Assembly: GCA_965202585.1 (NCBI GenBank) | Contig: OZ241830.1 | Coordinates: forward strand, 63,550,001-63,614,000 | Origin: Thalia democratica | Taxonomy: Eukaryota | Length of the DNA stretch: 64,000 nucleotides | Direction of reading: 5' to 3' | Part shown: piece by piece, positions 31,701 to 52,889 of the stretch | Numbering within the stretch: position 1 is the first letter of the stretch | Layout of the letters: the number at the start of each line of letters is the position of its first letter | Program-made: the position numbers and the translations under genes | The notes under the pieces: model-generated | Told to the model about the DNA's origin: nothing | The model's input: only the letters and a program-made list of their open reading frames with translations | Database searches by the model: none

Positions 31701-34700
31701 ACCATTATAAGTAATTGACAACATAGACAACATTATTAATGTTTAAGTAACTAATAAAGGTTAAATTATTTTTATTTTTTATCTTTTTTATTATTTCTTG
31801 GTTTAAAGCTTTTAATAAAGTTTAGGTTTTAAAATAGACATCATATTAATGTTAGTAAACTAGTAAACTGTCCATTTTATTAGTCACTTAATTACAAATT
31901 ATTACCCAAAGGCTTTTAAATGTTCTTAAGTGTTAAGATGACGTAACAATCAAGTTACCTGACTTTAGTTTTATTTATTCATTCGCTTTTTGTACTAAAA
32001 CATTATCAAGTCTATTTTTATCTTTCCTATAAACTGTTTAGATTCTATCTTTAAAATGAGGAAGTTTTCTAGCTATTCATGACAATCAAAACCTTGTAAA
32101 AATCTACTTAAACTTGCATTAAATGATAATAATAATAACAATATACTTACTTTACGTTTATCAAAGTTTAAACCTATAACTTATCTTACTAGTTACTAAT
32201 GAACTAATGATATATATTGTATTGAAGTTAACTGTCTTTGAAAGGTATAAAAAGCATCAAAGTGTGTCTAATGTTGTATTTATATACTTTTTTTAAATTC
32301 ATCCATGGTACTGTGCTTATTCCAATAAAATATTTTGGGTCTCATTGATAGTTGTCAAGCTTTTTATTTTAGGCATAAGCGCTACAAACTTGTAAACAAT
32401 TTAACAATATAATAAACTAATTAAGTTATATTCATTTAAATTATATTGCTCGAAAACATGGTGTTTTCATGTGGAATGATGGCGTAAAGGTCATCTCTCG
32501 TGTCTTTTGGTACAGAGACCCGAGTTCGAGCCCTCGCTGCATAACATTTCACCAACATAATTTCTTTCATTTTAAACTTTGTTAGCTTAGTTGTAGTTCT
32601 TATTTTTTAGTTGATGGATCAATTTATATTGAAGTGTGTAACTCATAAACACTTTAATTTCAGAATTGTTTTAAAATACCGAAAAATATTAATTAAATTA
32701 AGATATATACTGGCGTTTACATAGACAAACTTTTTGATTTGGTAACATTTAAATTCATATCTTTATTTTTGCTTTGTACAATGTTAGTCTGTTTCGAGTA
32801 AAGGTTAATGATATAATATATTAACACCAATAACAGCTTGTTCAAATGTATAGTTTTTTTTACGATTCTTTATGATTGCATTTTGATGGTTTGTTTTTAG
32901 CTAAGAATCTACACTTAAAATAGTAAACACTTTATTTATCGAAATCATAGTCACCAAATGGTAATAAACTTTTTTTTTTGGTTTTATTTTACTTTTGGTT
33001 GCAAAACTGTTACTAATAAGTTTGTAAGTCTTAGTGATCCTAAAACTATGTTCTTTTTCGATTAGTTCATTAAGTTGGTTTTATTAAAAATTTATGGGTC
33101 AGCGCAAACAGCATATGCTTGTTAAATATGCAATCGATAAATACTTTTCTATTGGATGTCTATTTAAAGTTTTAAATATTTAAGAAACTCATGAATCAGA
33201 AATCACAAGCTGTAAGCTTCAGTAACACACAAGGATCTAATCTTTATCAACGCCGATATGAAGTCGCAATTGAACAACTTTAAAAAAAAATAACTATTTT
33301 TGGTTGTACTAAAATACTTTAGATTTTACAACCATTAAAGAAAAACAAGTTATAATAAAAAAAATTATCATAAAAATAAGTTAAGTTTGTTAAATTCCAC
33401 AATAAGTTTAAATCAGTTTAAATCTTAAAAGCTACTTCTTTTATTTCAATTAAAGAGCAAACTTATTTATTTAAATTTTTTACTTTTCCTACTATATCAT
33501 TTTAAACTTGATCCTTTTAAAATAGATTAGAGATGGGTAACGTTTTGTATTTATACTATTTTATATGGTATTGTATACTTATTTGTCTATTAGTTTGGTA
33601 TCTATAATATTTCAGCGCATGTAGCCCTTTTTGGTAAAAAACTCTGTTTTAAATTTGTTTTTACTTTCAATGTTAGTTTGAAACTTAAACTTACATATTA
33701 GCGTGAACACATCTCTAACATTAAAATTCTAGTTTGAATAATACCTTGAAAACAGAAAGTCCTCCAATTAAAGGGACACGCTTCGTTCCGACCCTAGCAA
33801 AATTCCCACCTTTATATTCCTCGAATCAAATAAGCTGACAAGCAGTCCGGTGGCCGAGTTTTTAAGGCGGTGAAATCGCAATCCATATTTAATGTGTTCG
33901 AATCCGACATGTGTCAGACTTTTTGGTTTCTAACCTGTCAATTTAAAATTACTTGCGAGATGTTATTCTGTGTGTATGTATAAATAGAGCTTTAAACTAT
34001 TTTTAAATAACAATTTAATGGTTAACTATAATTAATAAAATAAAAATTATCAATGTTTAAATTTGCCTCTTAGGCTAGTTGTTTATTTTTGAAGTTTTTG
34101 TTTTTTACTTTAGTTGACAAGTTATATTTAAATATAGTTAAACTAAACTTTTTATGGTAGTTAGTTTTTTTCCCAAGGTAAAATGTTCACTATTTATTTC
34201 TTTGCAAAAACTTAAGTTAAGTTACAAACGAGATTCATTCAAATTTCTTTAAGCCTTTTTTTTTTGATAATATATTCATTATAAATATAAAGTTTAATTT
34301 AGACCTCAAGTTAAACAATTTACGATATACAATCAAGCATCACAAAATAACCTTTAAATTTAAATTAAATTACAAACAGGATTCATTCAAATTGCTTTAA
34401 GCACATTTATTTTATAATAACATACTATTCATTGTAAATATAAAGTTTAATTAAGACCTCAAATTAAACGAATTATAAGATGCTCCATAATCAAGTATCA
34501 CAGTAGTTTGATTTTGGATGCATTACTTAATAAGAGTTATAATGTGGAATGGGTAATTTTACTTACATCTAAACGTTAGATCTTTAGAAATCTATGCATG
34601 TGTTTGTTTAAGTGAAGCAGTTGTTTACAAATTTAGTATTTTTTTCCTTTATTTTTACTTTATAACGTAACTCATTCTACAAGTAATCCTACTTTGAGTT

Positions 34701-34956
34701 ATCTTATCTAATTACTCTACATCTAATTTAATTAAAAAACTATGTTTATTTCCAATATAAATAAATATTTTTTTTCGCTTATAATAGACTAGTGTAGTTT
34801 TTTATAATTATACAAACTTCTATAACTTTTCTCTACTTAAAATAAACACTTTTTTTTGCTTACAGATACTTTTAGCCGCTTATAATTAATTCGTAGTATT
34901 AAAAGTTGTCCAGTTTGTTTCTTATTCTTTGAAAACTTCTTTTGTTTTAGTTATAA

Positions 34957-41563
<6,607 letters not shown>

Positions 41564-44500
41564 AAATAAAATAACATACTTGCCATTATGTTTTTTTTTT
41601 CAAATTATATACTATCTTTTAAACTTTTGTTGATAAAAGTATATAAACTTTAAACTTTTTTTTTAATTCTTTGTAACCAGCTAACTTTTGTGCTTACAAA
41701 TCTAAAAAGAAAAATTATGTGCATTCCAAGAGCAAAACTCCCTGTTAAAATGCCACGGACCTATTTTTTGCCCTTTACCATTAACTCCATAAATCTAACA
41801 TGAAATTCAAAAGGAGTTTTAAGCACCCTTAAATTTTTGTGCAAATCAAAATAAACTTTATGCACACTGTGGAGACCACTAACCTAAATAATTTTTTTCG
41901 ACATTTTAAAAATTTTGTAGCTAAACCTAAAGTTGAGTAACTAAAGAGTAACTTGCTTGTTTAGTTAACTCATTTTTGTTTATATTATACTAGCGAAATT
42001 ACAAACTCGTATAAAAGAAGTTTATATTATCTTGAAAGTATGTTTTAATCAAAACTTTACCGATTGAGTAAACGTCGTAATATTGTATATTGAAAATAAT
42101 ACTTTATCTTTTAGTAATTTTTTAATTATTAATATTAAACAACTTAACTTTTTACTTAGTGTAATCAGAATATTAATGTCTTTACGGTTGTACTTTTTTT
42201 TACTTATTTTTAGCTGTTTATAACTTAGCTTTATCTAAAATTTTTATTATTGTAATATACCAAGTTTTTTTTAAACAAGTTAATAGTTCTATGTTTTTAA
42301 TTATACAAAACAAACATTTTAAAAAATTTGACAGTTTTTCATCTTTGATTTTGACTTAATATGTTTATTTTCTTGCTTATATTTCTACCATCGAAAATGT
42401 GTCTTAGATTTATTTTGTAATTATGTACAGTACAGTGATAAAGATAACATTTAGAAACTTGATAGCGATGTCTTAGTTAAAGAGCTACAATTTAATTTTT
42501 TTTAAACAGTTGATCAACTTATAAATTTTTTTAAACATATTTCTATATAAGTAGTTGTTTAACAAATAAATAAACCTTTATGTTTAGTAAGAATTTATTA
42601 TCGTAAAATACCTAAAGCTTAAGATAAAGTTTTTCAGTCAATAAACTTAAAACATATTTTGCAAAACCATTTAGTTTAGTAAAACTATTTTATTGCTTGT
42701 AGCTTAGCGATTATGGTATTTTAAGGTTTCAAAACATGAGTATAATTAAAAAAAAATTTTAGACTGTATATGTCAAACAAAATCTAAAAAAATTGTACGA
42801 TTTATAATAGTTTTAAAATATTAGTTTTGTATGGTACAAATTATTAATGGCTAAAACTTCCGTCAAAATTACAATATAAGTAAGAATATTCTAAACGTGA
42901 AGGGTGAGCTATGCAGGGCTTTGTAGACAAGCTTATGTATATCTCAAAACATATTAAATATGTACTGTTAGTAAACGGTTTGACATATTCTATTAATAAT
43001 AAATTTTGTTTAACTTTTCATATTAGCTTTTTTAATTAAAAAATGCATCGTTTATCTTACTTTATTAATTTTTTAAATTTATTATAATTTAACAAATTTT
43101 AAATATTTTTAAGTTAATTTTAGCCTTTTTTTTACAACAACTTGTTTAATATAATAGCACAGGTTAAAAGTACATACAACTGTTAATAGTAACTTATAGC
43201 AGTACTATTTGAAACTCAAGCTAAAAAGTAGAAAACAGTATGGTCTTGTATTTAACTTATTTAATTACAAGTATGACAGACTTAAAGTTTATAATGTAGT
43301 CATTTTTACTTACACTGGTAACAATATTTAAATCAATATTTGAACTTTTAGTTTAAGGGCCAAGACTCCTTTTTAAATAATTTTGTATCTGAATTTGAAC
43401 ATCACACAAATTCAAATTACAAAAAGTACATAGTAAGTAGATAATTTTTATTAACAGTTTGACCTTACACAGTTTATTAGGTAGATAGTTATAACTCTAA
43501 GGTTTTAACTTATTACTTCTAGCATTTATTAATTCTTTAAGAACAAAAATGGATGTTTTGTATAAATCTTAATGTATAAAAACTGGTTTCAGTTGATACT
43601 GTACAATTTAATACACCTTAAGTGAACTACTTTGTAACTTTAACGTTTGTTTACTTTGCGCGTTATTGGTTTGTATACAACTAAGATGATAAAACAACAA
43701 ATTTAACTAAACATTTTTTTACGTTAGAATAAAACCTAATACTATTATTAATTAGATTAAGTTTTGTACAAAGTCTGTTTTAATTGTTTTTTTAAGAAAA
43801 TATATATAGATATATATAGACATATATAGAAAATGTTTCGAAATAAAAATTATTCAGTATAAACTATTTTTTTCCTTTATTCAAGGTTTTGGATACTTTA
43901 TAAGTTTGTGAAAAAGAACTATATTTATGCGACTACTTTTTATGATATTATTAATGTTGTTAATCAAATAAATACAAAGAAAAATAATATAAATAAAGAA
44001 CATCATAGGTTTCGACTTATATTTTTATCAAATATTCACAAAACTACTTTATTTTATTTTTAGTATTACCTGTTAAAAACCCCATTGTCTAATAATAAAT
44101 GTTTCGATTTCCTTAAATTAAGTTGAAGTTGTGCTTAAATTAAGTTTTGAACATTATTTAACAAATATTTAACATCATTAAACAGACTTATATAAACAGG
44201 TTTTTCTTTAATATTAATTTTTTACTTTGACTAAACATATTTTAGATTTAAATCGTGTTTTTTTAAATAAAACTTGCTAATAGTTTTCTATTTAAAAACA
44301 CTTCAAATAATATCATTTACGCTTTTAGGACTAGTTAAACTTGTTGAAAATAAGATTATGTTAACTGTTTATAACGACAGTTATTTTATAGCTTAACCAG
44401 TATTTTTCATCAAAATCAAAATATATATTAAACCGCTTGAAATAATACTTACTTGAAAATGTAATAAATACCAAAACAAGCTAATATAAGATATATATAC

Positions 44501-44612
44501 TTAAACATCAATATTTTATGTCTTCGAAATCAATGAATAAACTTTATTAAATAAGGTTATTAGTAATTATTTATTGAATCAATTCAATTTGATATAAACA
44601 TAAATCTCAAAA

Positions 44613-47355
44613 CTATATGTCTTCAAAATCAATTTTCTTCAGCAGCCTCTCCAACTTGGTCACAGTCCACTTGATTTTTTTCAGCAGCTTCTTGTCTTCT
44701 TCCAACACCTCCTTCTTATCGGTCTTTTTCGGCAGATCCTTCAATTTACTCACCAAATCCTTCGTCTTCTTAACGACTTCCTTCTTCTTCAGATCCTTGG
44801 TTTTCTTCACCTCCTTGTCCCTAATTTTCTTGACGAGATCCTTCTTCACTTGAAGATCTTTGGTAATCTTATGTTCAACATCAATACCATGTTCAATTGC
44901 AACAGTTGTCTGGTTGGTTGCCACGGGAGTCGTCGTTGTGACGGTGGCGCCCTTGCCAACGCAAACCTGACCCGCGGGGCACTGGCTCATGGAAGCCCCT
45001 CTCGTGTACGGGAATCTCCCCATCCAGTTACCGGCAGGCCCGTAGTTGCAAACTACGTACTTAGCGTTTTTGTAGGTGCTTGTGGACCTTTCTCTTCTCA
45101 GCAGGGGGCACAACTTGATGGCGCATCCGACTGCGTAGCTGGAATGCCACACAATCTGTGAAAAAAAAAAAATAAATTGATGTTTAATTTAGTTAAAAAA
45201 ATTTATAAAGTGTTTAGGGTTAAAGTAGCAATGAAAATCTAAAAATGTTAACGGTTTAAAAATAATTAATAATATTTACCGTTTAGTTTCTGTGACGTGT
45301 TAACAAGTAAGAAGTTAAACTCAAAGTAATTATGCAAATTAAAATCATTTTCTAAACTGTAACGTATGAATAATGAGTGTATAATTATCATTTAAGATTT
45401 AAATAAATTTAAATACTTTTATAGAAGAAAATTTGTGCATGTAAAGTTCCTTTTTATGTCTCCTTTTTAAGTTTTTAGTTGTGATTTCATAAGCTAATAA
45501 TCTATGAAGTTGTAAATGTAAATAATGTTTTTATAAAACTTAGGTTCGATTTATATTTTTTTGATAGTTTCCACATTGTAATACTTTTTTTGAGTACACT
45601 TACAACATGAAAGTTTACTTGTTTAACTGGACTCATGTAAATATGTTTCAAACAAACCTGAGTGTAATGTCCACATTTCTTACCGGGTTTGCACTTTCTA
45701 GTGTAGTAATTGTAATCTTTATATTCTTCACCCCAAAGCATGATTGCTCTTTCTATGTTTTCCTGTTTATGGTTTCTTATTACCAACATATAGTTTATTT
45801 TAAATTAAAATTTTCTAAAGTTTGTATTTATAGACTAGTTCGTATATTTGAAACTGATTTTTTTTTTCAATGCTTAACTTTTAAACAAAGTATAACACTA
45901 AGCCTATAAGGTTTGTTAAAATAAAGTTTTTATTCTATTTCTTATGAAGTGGTGGCTACAATTTTCTAGCTTAAGTCGGTTAATAAAGTAAAGATAAACT
46001 GTCATAAAGGATAAACGAAAACTTTGTATCCTCAATGTTTATATATGTATGAACACCAAACCACCTTTTAATCATACTACTTATGACTAAATAAGTTCGT
46101 CAAAATGAAAAATAAAAAAAAACTGTTAAAAATTTGAACAACAAAACTTTATATGTAAATAACAAAATATTTTATATTTTAAGCATACTATTTTTATACA
46201 AAGCTCGTTTATTTTAATACTTTAAAAAAGCTTTATAAGTGTTTCAATCAATACGTTTGTTTTTTATCTAAAGTGCATTGTAAATTAACTAAAACACAAA
46301 TTTAATTAAGTTTAAAAAACAATAACAATCAATGACAAAAAAAGGTTTTATAAATGTTTTAATATATTCTGAGTACTGGCAGTGGCACAAAAAAAAACAA
46401 ATCTTTGTTATTGCTTATATTCATACAACCGAACTACCTTCCAAGTTTGAAATAAAAAAGTATTTTTATAACAAGCTTGATACTTTAAATGATATAAGAA
46501 AGCTAATGTCAGCTACCTTGCCAGTAAGCCTGTTGATGCTGAAGTAAATATTCTCGCCGTGCATTTTGTATTTTGTGGTACCCGCGTGCTTGATGTGTCC
46601 GTACAAGCAAGTGCTCGCGTGCAATCTCGTCAAACCTTCGAGTTCCTTGTCGTACTTCATCTTCAACATGTTAATCGCTTCTGGTTGAACCTTAAATTTA
46701 TATATATATATATATATTATATACATTTCTAAGATATAATAGACCGTGGTAGATTGGGTAAATAATCTTTTAAAACATTTTTTTTATGTTTTACTATTTG
46801 TATTTAATAAAAATATAAACTTTTAACTTTTTGAAAATATTAACTTTGTGGTTTAATCAGATGTTTAGCAACATATGATTTTCCTCACTGACAATTACAT
46901 TATATAACACTTAAATAGTTTGAGGAAGATTTTAGTGAACTTGAAACAGTCAACACTTCTAGAGTAAGTTACTGTAGATTATCATTAAAAGCTACGAAAA
47001 TTAATTTGAAAAAAAAAACTCTGATTGTTTGATTTAAACCATCATAGTATTTACAAAGTAACTACCACAAAAAGAATTTTAAACTTTTATACACGTGTAC
47101 TTAACAAACCTCAGCCCTCCACTTGTTGTGAGCATCCACGATGCTCTTCTGTATGTCTTTGGTGATCACCTCGGATATCTTGGGAGCGGGAGTTGGCCGG
47201 GCTTGAGGCCAAATAAGAGGATTCCTCCTGTTCAGCATCCTCCTCGTTGAGGACCTCCTTGTGTAAGAGGGATTTCCCCCAGACCAGAAGTTGTTCACCT
47301 GCATCTGGCGGGTTGCAGATGTCAGGTAGAGTATGAGTATTGTTCTGAGTAACAT
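44613..47355 (-). CDS. Secreted CAP/SCP protein with Lys-rich tail, copy 2 (355 aa)
   Basis: Exons 47355-47110, 46690-46517, 45762-45658 and 45155-44613. Intact, with 4 amino-acid differences from copy 1 (A/T, E/K, T/I, A/T). Confidence 0.93.
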
Positions 47356-50300
47356 GACGTGTTAATAAAATTCTGCAAATGGAAAGAAATGTTAGAACTT
47401 TCATTATTTTTTTAGGGACAGGAGGTCTTCGTTTATATCTGTTAAACAGCAGTGCTAAGGCGGATATAAGTTTAAGGAGTAAGATTGTTTTCAACTTAGG
47501 TTGCTCTTAAAAATACTTTAAAAATTTTACCTTTAAAAGGTTGTTTAAACATTAAAAAAAAACATTTGGTTATTTACCATTCATGTACAAAAGTAAAATT
47601 ATTTTTTATCAAAATTTTACAAAACCTGATGTTTTTTGTAAAGTTTTGTAGTCAAAATGGAAAACATGAGCTAAAAAAGTTGATTTGTCATCACTAATAG
47701 CACCAGTTCATTCACAAAATGTAAAGAAAGTAATTTAGTGAAAACAAGAAATAAATTTTTATAAAATAAAGTTTTTGGTTAAAATTTCTTTATTGGTTTT
47801 TACAACTTTAAGACCTAAGTTGATTATGTACTTAGTTTGAATGGATATTTAACATTTATTTAACATTTATTTAAAAAGCATATACTAAACTAAGTTAATT
47901 ATATGAATTATCTATGATTATCTTGAAAGTTTTTAATTAACAAAAAAAATATTAAATATTTTTACAACCAATAAAGTTTTGATGAAAAACTTAAATGCTA
48001 CAATAAACTGGTAAAAATTATAACAAACTGTTCCATTTTATAAAGAAGCTTTTTATATTTTATAAAGCATTAAAATCTAAAGTGTGCAGCATGAATTAAA
48101 AAATATATAATTTATTTTAGAATTACAACAAGAGCTTTAGAATAAAAATGATAAACATAAAACTAATATTAGAATAACATAAGTTTATATATTTAACTTA
48201 CCAGTTTTATTTAGCTTGAAAAAGCATAGGTATTACACAAGTAATCAAAAATAAAAATAAAAGCTTAATGAATCCATCCTACTTCTTTTTTATTCAGCTT
48301 AGAAAACTATATAAAATAAGGTCAAATTGTGAAAAAAGTGTTTTAACCCCCCTATGCCCTTCAAAAGTATACGTTTCAGGGTTTATTTTTAGTTTAATGA
48401 TAAGTTCAAGGTTAAAAACTGTTTAAAGTTGTATAATAACATTGAAAAAATATTATGTTGTAAAATATATTTATTATCTAACCTGTTGCTTGTTCGTTCA
48501 AACATTTTTAAAATGTGATAATATAATGGTGGTTATGTTTGATTTAAAATATGATTATATATCATAGTAAAATAAACAATAGTAAAATCCAGCAGACAGA
48601 TGTTACAACTTACTGTATGAACTTGTGATAAAGTAAAATAAATTAAAAAAAACTCACTTACAAAACTTCTTGTATGAACTTGGGTCACTCACTCCTATAT
48701 CTCAACTCAAATTCAGAAGGAATTTCATTTTCAAAACTAGGTGATTGCTTCAGATCAGCCTTCTCACAATACCATACATAGAAGAAATCAAAAGAGTTTT
48801 TGGTGATGACATTTATAATACATTTTCTGTTAGAAGTTTAACAATATTGTTAACCTTTAATTAAGCTTTTACTTGTGATGGTTATCTTAATAATATTTTT
48901 CTGTTTAAAGTATTTGTATAAATAGTTGTATGGTTTGAATGTTTCAAGGACTTTAAAGATTAATTTAAATAGTTATAAGCACTAAAGTTTCATATAAATG
49001 AAACAGTTTGAATACAGTTCACAAGTAGGTAATGTTCATAATTAAAATTTTCCAAAAATAGACATTATTTAGTCTAGCTACATGAGAAGCAGTATTATAT
49101 CAATACTTATTCAGTTAAATAAAACAAATAAATGACTTAAGAAAAACTTAAACTGGTCATTTTTGTGACTTAAAACTGCTTGAAATTTATAGTTTGGCCA
49201 CAACAACAGCTGTAATATTTTCATTAAAAAAATATGCTTTGTTATGTTTTAAAAAACATTATGTTTTGTTAATTACAAAAAAACAAAGTTGTATGTTGGA
49301 AACATTATTTAAATTGTATCAATGAAATATGTGACATTATAAGTCAAGTTAATGTTAATGTAATAGTTCAGTGTTTAGACAAAAAACCAGTAAATAGAGT
49401 TGACATATTTTGTTTGTTTATTGAAACATTTTACAAAAATCTTAATATAATAATGGTTTTGTTTGAGCAAAATATGTTTCTAAGTAAAATAAAAAAAAAC
49501 AGCTTTTAGATTCAAATTTGTGAACATACAAGTAATAGTTGTGTGAGAATTATAATAGAAATTAGTTATTAAACTATTTGAACTTTGTTTCAAAAATATT
49601 CTACAAGAGTTTTTTTTGTAACATAAAAGTAGTTATGTCATAAATGTTTTTATAATTGCTTGTTTGTTAAGCATTCACTCACTACGCACAATATGGCTTT
49701 TTGTTTTCTACCTGCTTCAAAAAATTTTACAACAATGAACTAACTAGTTTTGGCAAATGTGGCAAAACGATTCAAACTAAATTATAACTAAAATGTTAAA
49801 AAGTTATGTCATAAATGTTTTTATAATTGTGTATTTGTTTAGCATTCACTCACTATGCAAACTTTTTTTTCTACCTGCTTCAAAAAGTTGTACAACAATG
49901 AACTAACTAGTTGTGGCAAATATGGCAAAACGATTCAAACTAAATTATAACTAAAATGAGTTTGCAAAAGTTAAATGTAACCAGATGCAATTAAAGACTT
50001 GAAGCTAAATATAACAAATCTTATACAAGTTGTTAAGTGTTAAACATCTTTAAAACAAATAAAAAACAATTTCGTAAAATTTAGAGTTAAGTACTTAATT
50101 TATATACTTTTACAAATTGTAATTTTATGATCACAATGAATTACTGTAGCTTAAATATTAAATAATATGTTCAACCAATTATCACTAATGCAGAAAAAAA
50201 AAGTAGATATTAAGAAAGACTTTGAAAAGAATAAATTAAAATGAAAATAATATTTTATTCTTTACCAAAAAAAATATTTAAGGTTTAACATAATGTAAAG

Positions 50301-52889
50301 TATTTTACGTTCGAAAAAGCTAAAAACCACCCTGCTATGCTAACATAGTGTTTCAATTTGTAGTTTTTAATGAATTCTGTAAAATCTTACATTTTATTGT
50401 GACATCACAACAAAATAGTATTTTGCAAAATTAAATTTTTCAATGAATATTCTTTTGAGAAAAGCACTTGTAGTAGTAAGAGCTCTGGATGCTATATGTG
50501 TAAACTTTACCTTTTTTTTCTTTTTATACTGTTTATGTGAGCTTTGTAGGACACTTTAGCAAACTTTATTTGATTTTCAATGTTCTTGAAGATCAAACTT
50601 GATGATTGTTGCTCATTTTATCTTCAAAAATTCTTATATTTTTTTATTGTGTGAGTAAGTCTAAGACCTAGTTTGGGAATCAACAGTCTTGAAAGTTGAT
50701 AATCTAATTTATTTTTCTCATGCAAAACCTTTGAAACAATTCTTTATTTTATCTTCTAATTCATCATGCACTTTATATTTACAAGATCAATTGGCTACTT
50801 ACATGATGCTAAAACAAATCATCAAGAGGCTTTAAAAACTTGCATCTCAGTGTTTTTAATCTTTGAAACATCATTGTAAAGTGAACTGGGTAGAAAACAG
50901 CTCAAAAAAAACTTTTGAACCTCTGTAAAGTTTTATAACTTTTGAGCTTGTTTCAAAGCCTTTGTCTTTATAAGTTGTAACTGTGACTTTACCCTACTTG
51001 CAGAGTTTAGATCACACTTTTTTCGGATTCTGATTGGATGATTAGTACCTACTACAGCAGCTGTTGAGGTTAGTTTGTTAAATAGTTAGTTAGATTGTTT
51101 TAATTTGTGCAAAACTTAGTCTTTTTTTGCCAGCCAGACTAGTTGAATATTCAGTTACAAAGTTAAGGTTTTTTGGATATTACAATAAATGTTAAAGTTT
51201 TATACTTTCTACTCACTAATTGTTAAGACGTTTTGTAACTATTAAATTTTTTGAGTGCTCATGCTTGAATAACATTAAGTTTTGCACAAATTCAGACTAG
51301 CATTTCTATTCATAGAGTTGTAACCTTGGCTTCATTCTCCTAAGATCACTAGGCTACCTTAAAATAAAACTTAAATAAGAAAATAAATAGAATTATTAAT
51401 GTTCACTTGTATAAAGAAGTGTTTTATTCATGAATGAAGCCCAAAGAGACAGCAAGCTATATGTAGAAGTTTATTTAGAACATAACATTTAAATTCTGAT
51501 TGTATTAATGTAGTTTATATATTCATAGAACAATAATTTGTAATAAGAAGTACTTCTTAAGTGTGCATGAAACATAATTAGTAAGAGTAATTATAAAACA
51601 AAGTGTTATTAGTTTCATTAATTAAATTTTTTCAAAAGAAAACAGTTAAACCATATAAGGATTAGGTTTGCTAGTAAAGAAAATGTTCCAAAGTTGTAAG
51701 TTTACAGCCATATACTTACAAAGCAGTTCAAAGCAAGCAAAATTTAAAAGTTGTTAGTGCATATGTGTATGAGGTTTATTCTTATCTATGTTTGTATTCT
51801 TGTATCACTAACTTCTTTCTTTTCTGTTATCTACCAATAATTTATTTGTTCATGGGTTTGCACTAATAAGCTTTTGACAACAACTTGCTGTACTGTTTTT
51901 TATGTATATGAAAATGTAAAGACTAAATTTTGGGAATAGTACAAATATTAGCTTAATAGAGCCATGAAAATTCCAAATGATGTTAAATGCAGAGTATTTA
52001 AGATGCAAGTAACTTTAAAATTAACTACATGCCACCAAACATATGTTATTGACACAAAGTAGTATGGTTTAATTGTTTTAGTTTGAAACAATGTGTTAAA
52101 AAGATGTACTAAAAAGATAAATTGAAATCAGCAAACATCTTTAATTTGTATGCAAACTTTAAGAAATAGACAATAAAATGGCTTAATTGAATGATTGAAA
52201 CACTAAGCATTCAAAGTTTAAGTATGTTAGTAAATATATAAAGTAAATTAAAGTATAGTAGTTAAAAAAATAGTAATGGTAGTAAAAGTGCATGAGAACC
52301 TATGTATTTAATAGACTGCTAGATAAATACTTAACAATGAGACCAACTTAACTATCATGGAAAACTTTAGCTTATGTAAATTACATGACATTAAAATGGT
52401 ATACTGTAGTAGGAACAGTATAAAATTAAGGTAAAGAAAAATATATACAATTGAAATGCTTATTGAAAAAAATATGTTTACTACTTAAATCTAAATAATT
52501 TCAACTGTTTAGTTGAATCTTAAGTGTTTATTTATTTTTGAATATTTTAAGTTTTACGCTGTTTTTAAAAGGTTATCTAAGTAAAATACATAAGCACAGT
52601 AATCAATTTACATAAGCAAGTTAAGTGACTATTGCTTGAATAAACATAGAGTACAGTTCAATCATATAAATAGGTTTGTATATGTACACATCTAAAAAAT
52701 TTGTTGTTTCATATTAATTTTTCTCTTTTTATTAGGTTTATTTTCTGTCATTAAAAAGTAAACCTATCTATGAGATTGATGAACTGTTTTCTATGTATAT
52801 ATAAAGTATTAGGTAATTAACTATGAATTTTCATTTAACTTAGGCTCTACTAAACCATAACTATTAAGAGTGTGATTTTAACAAAATAA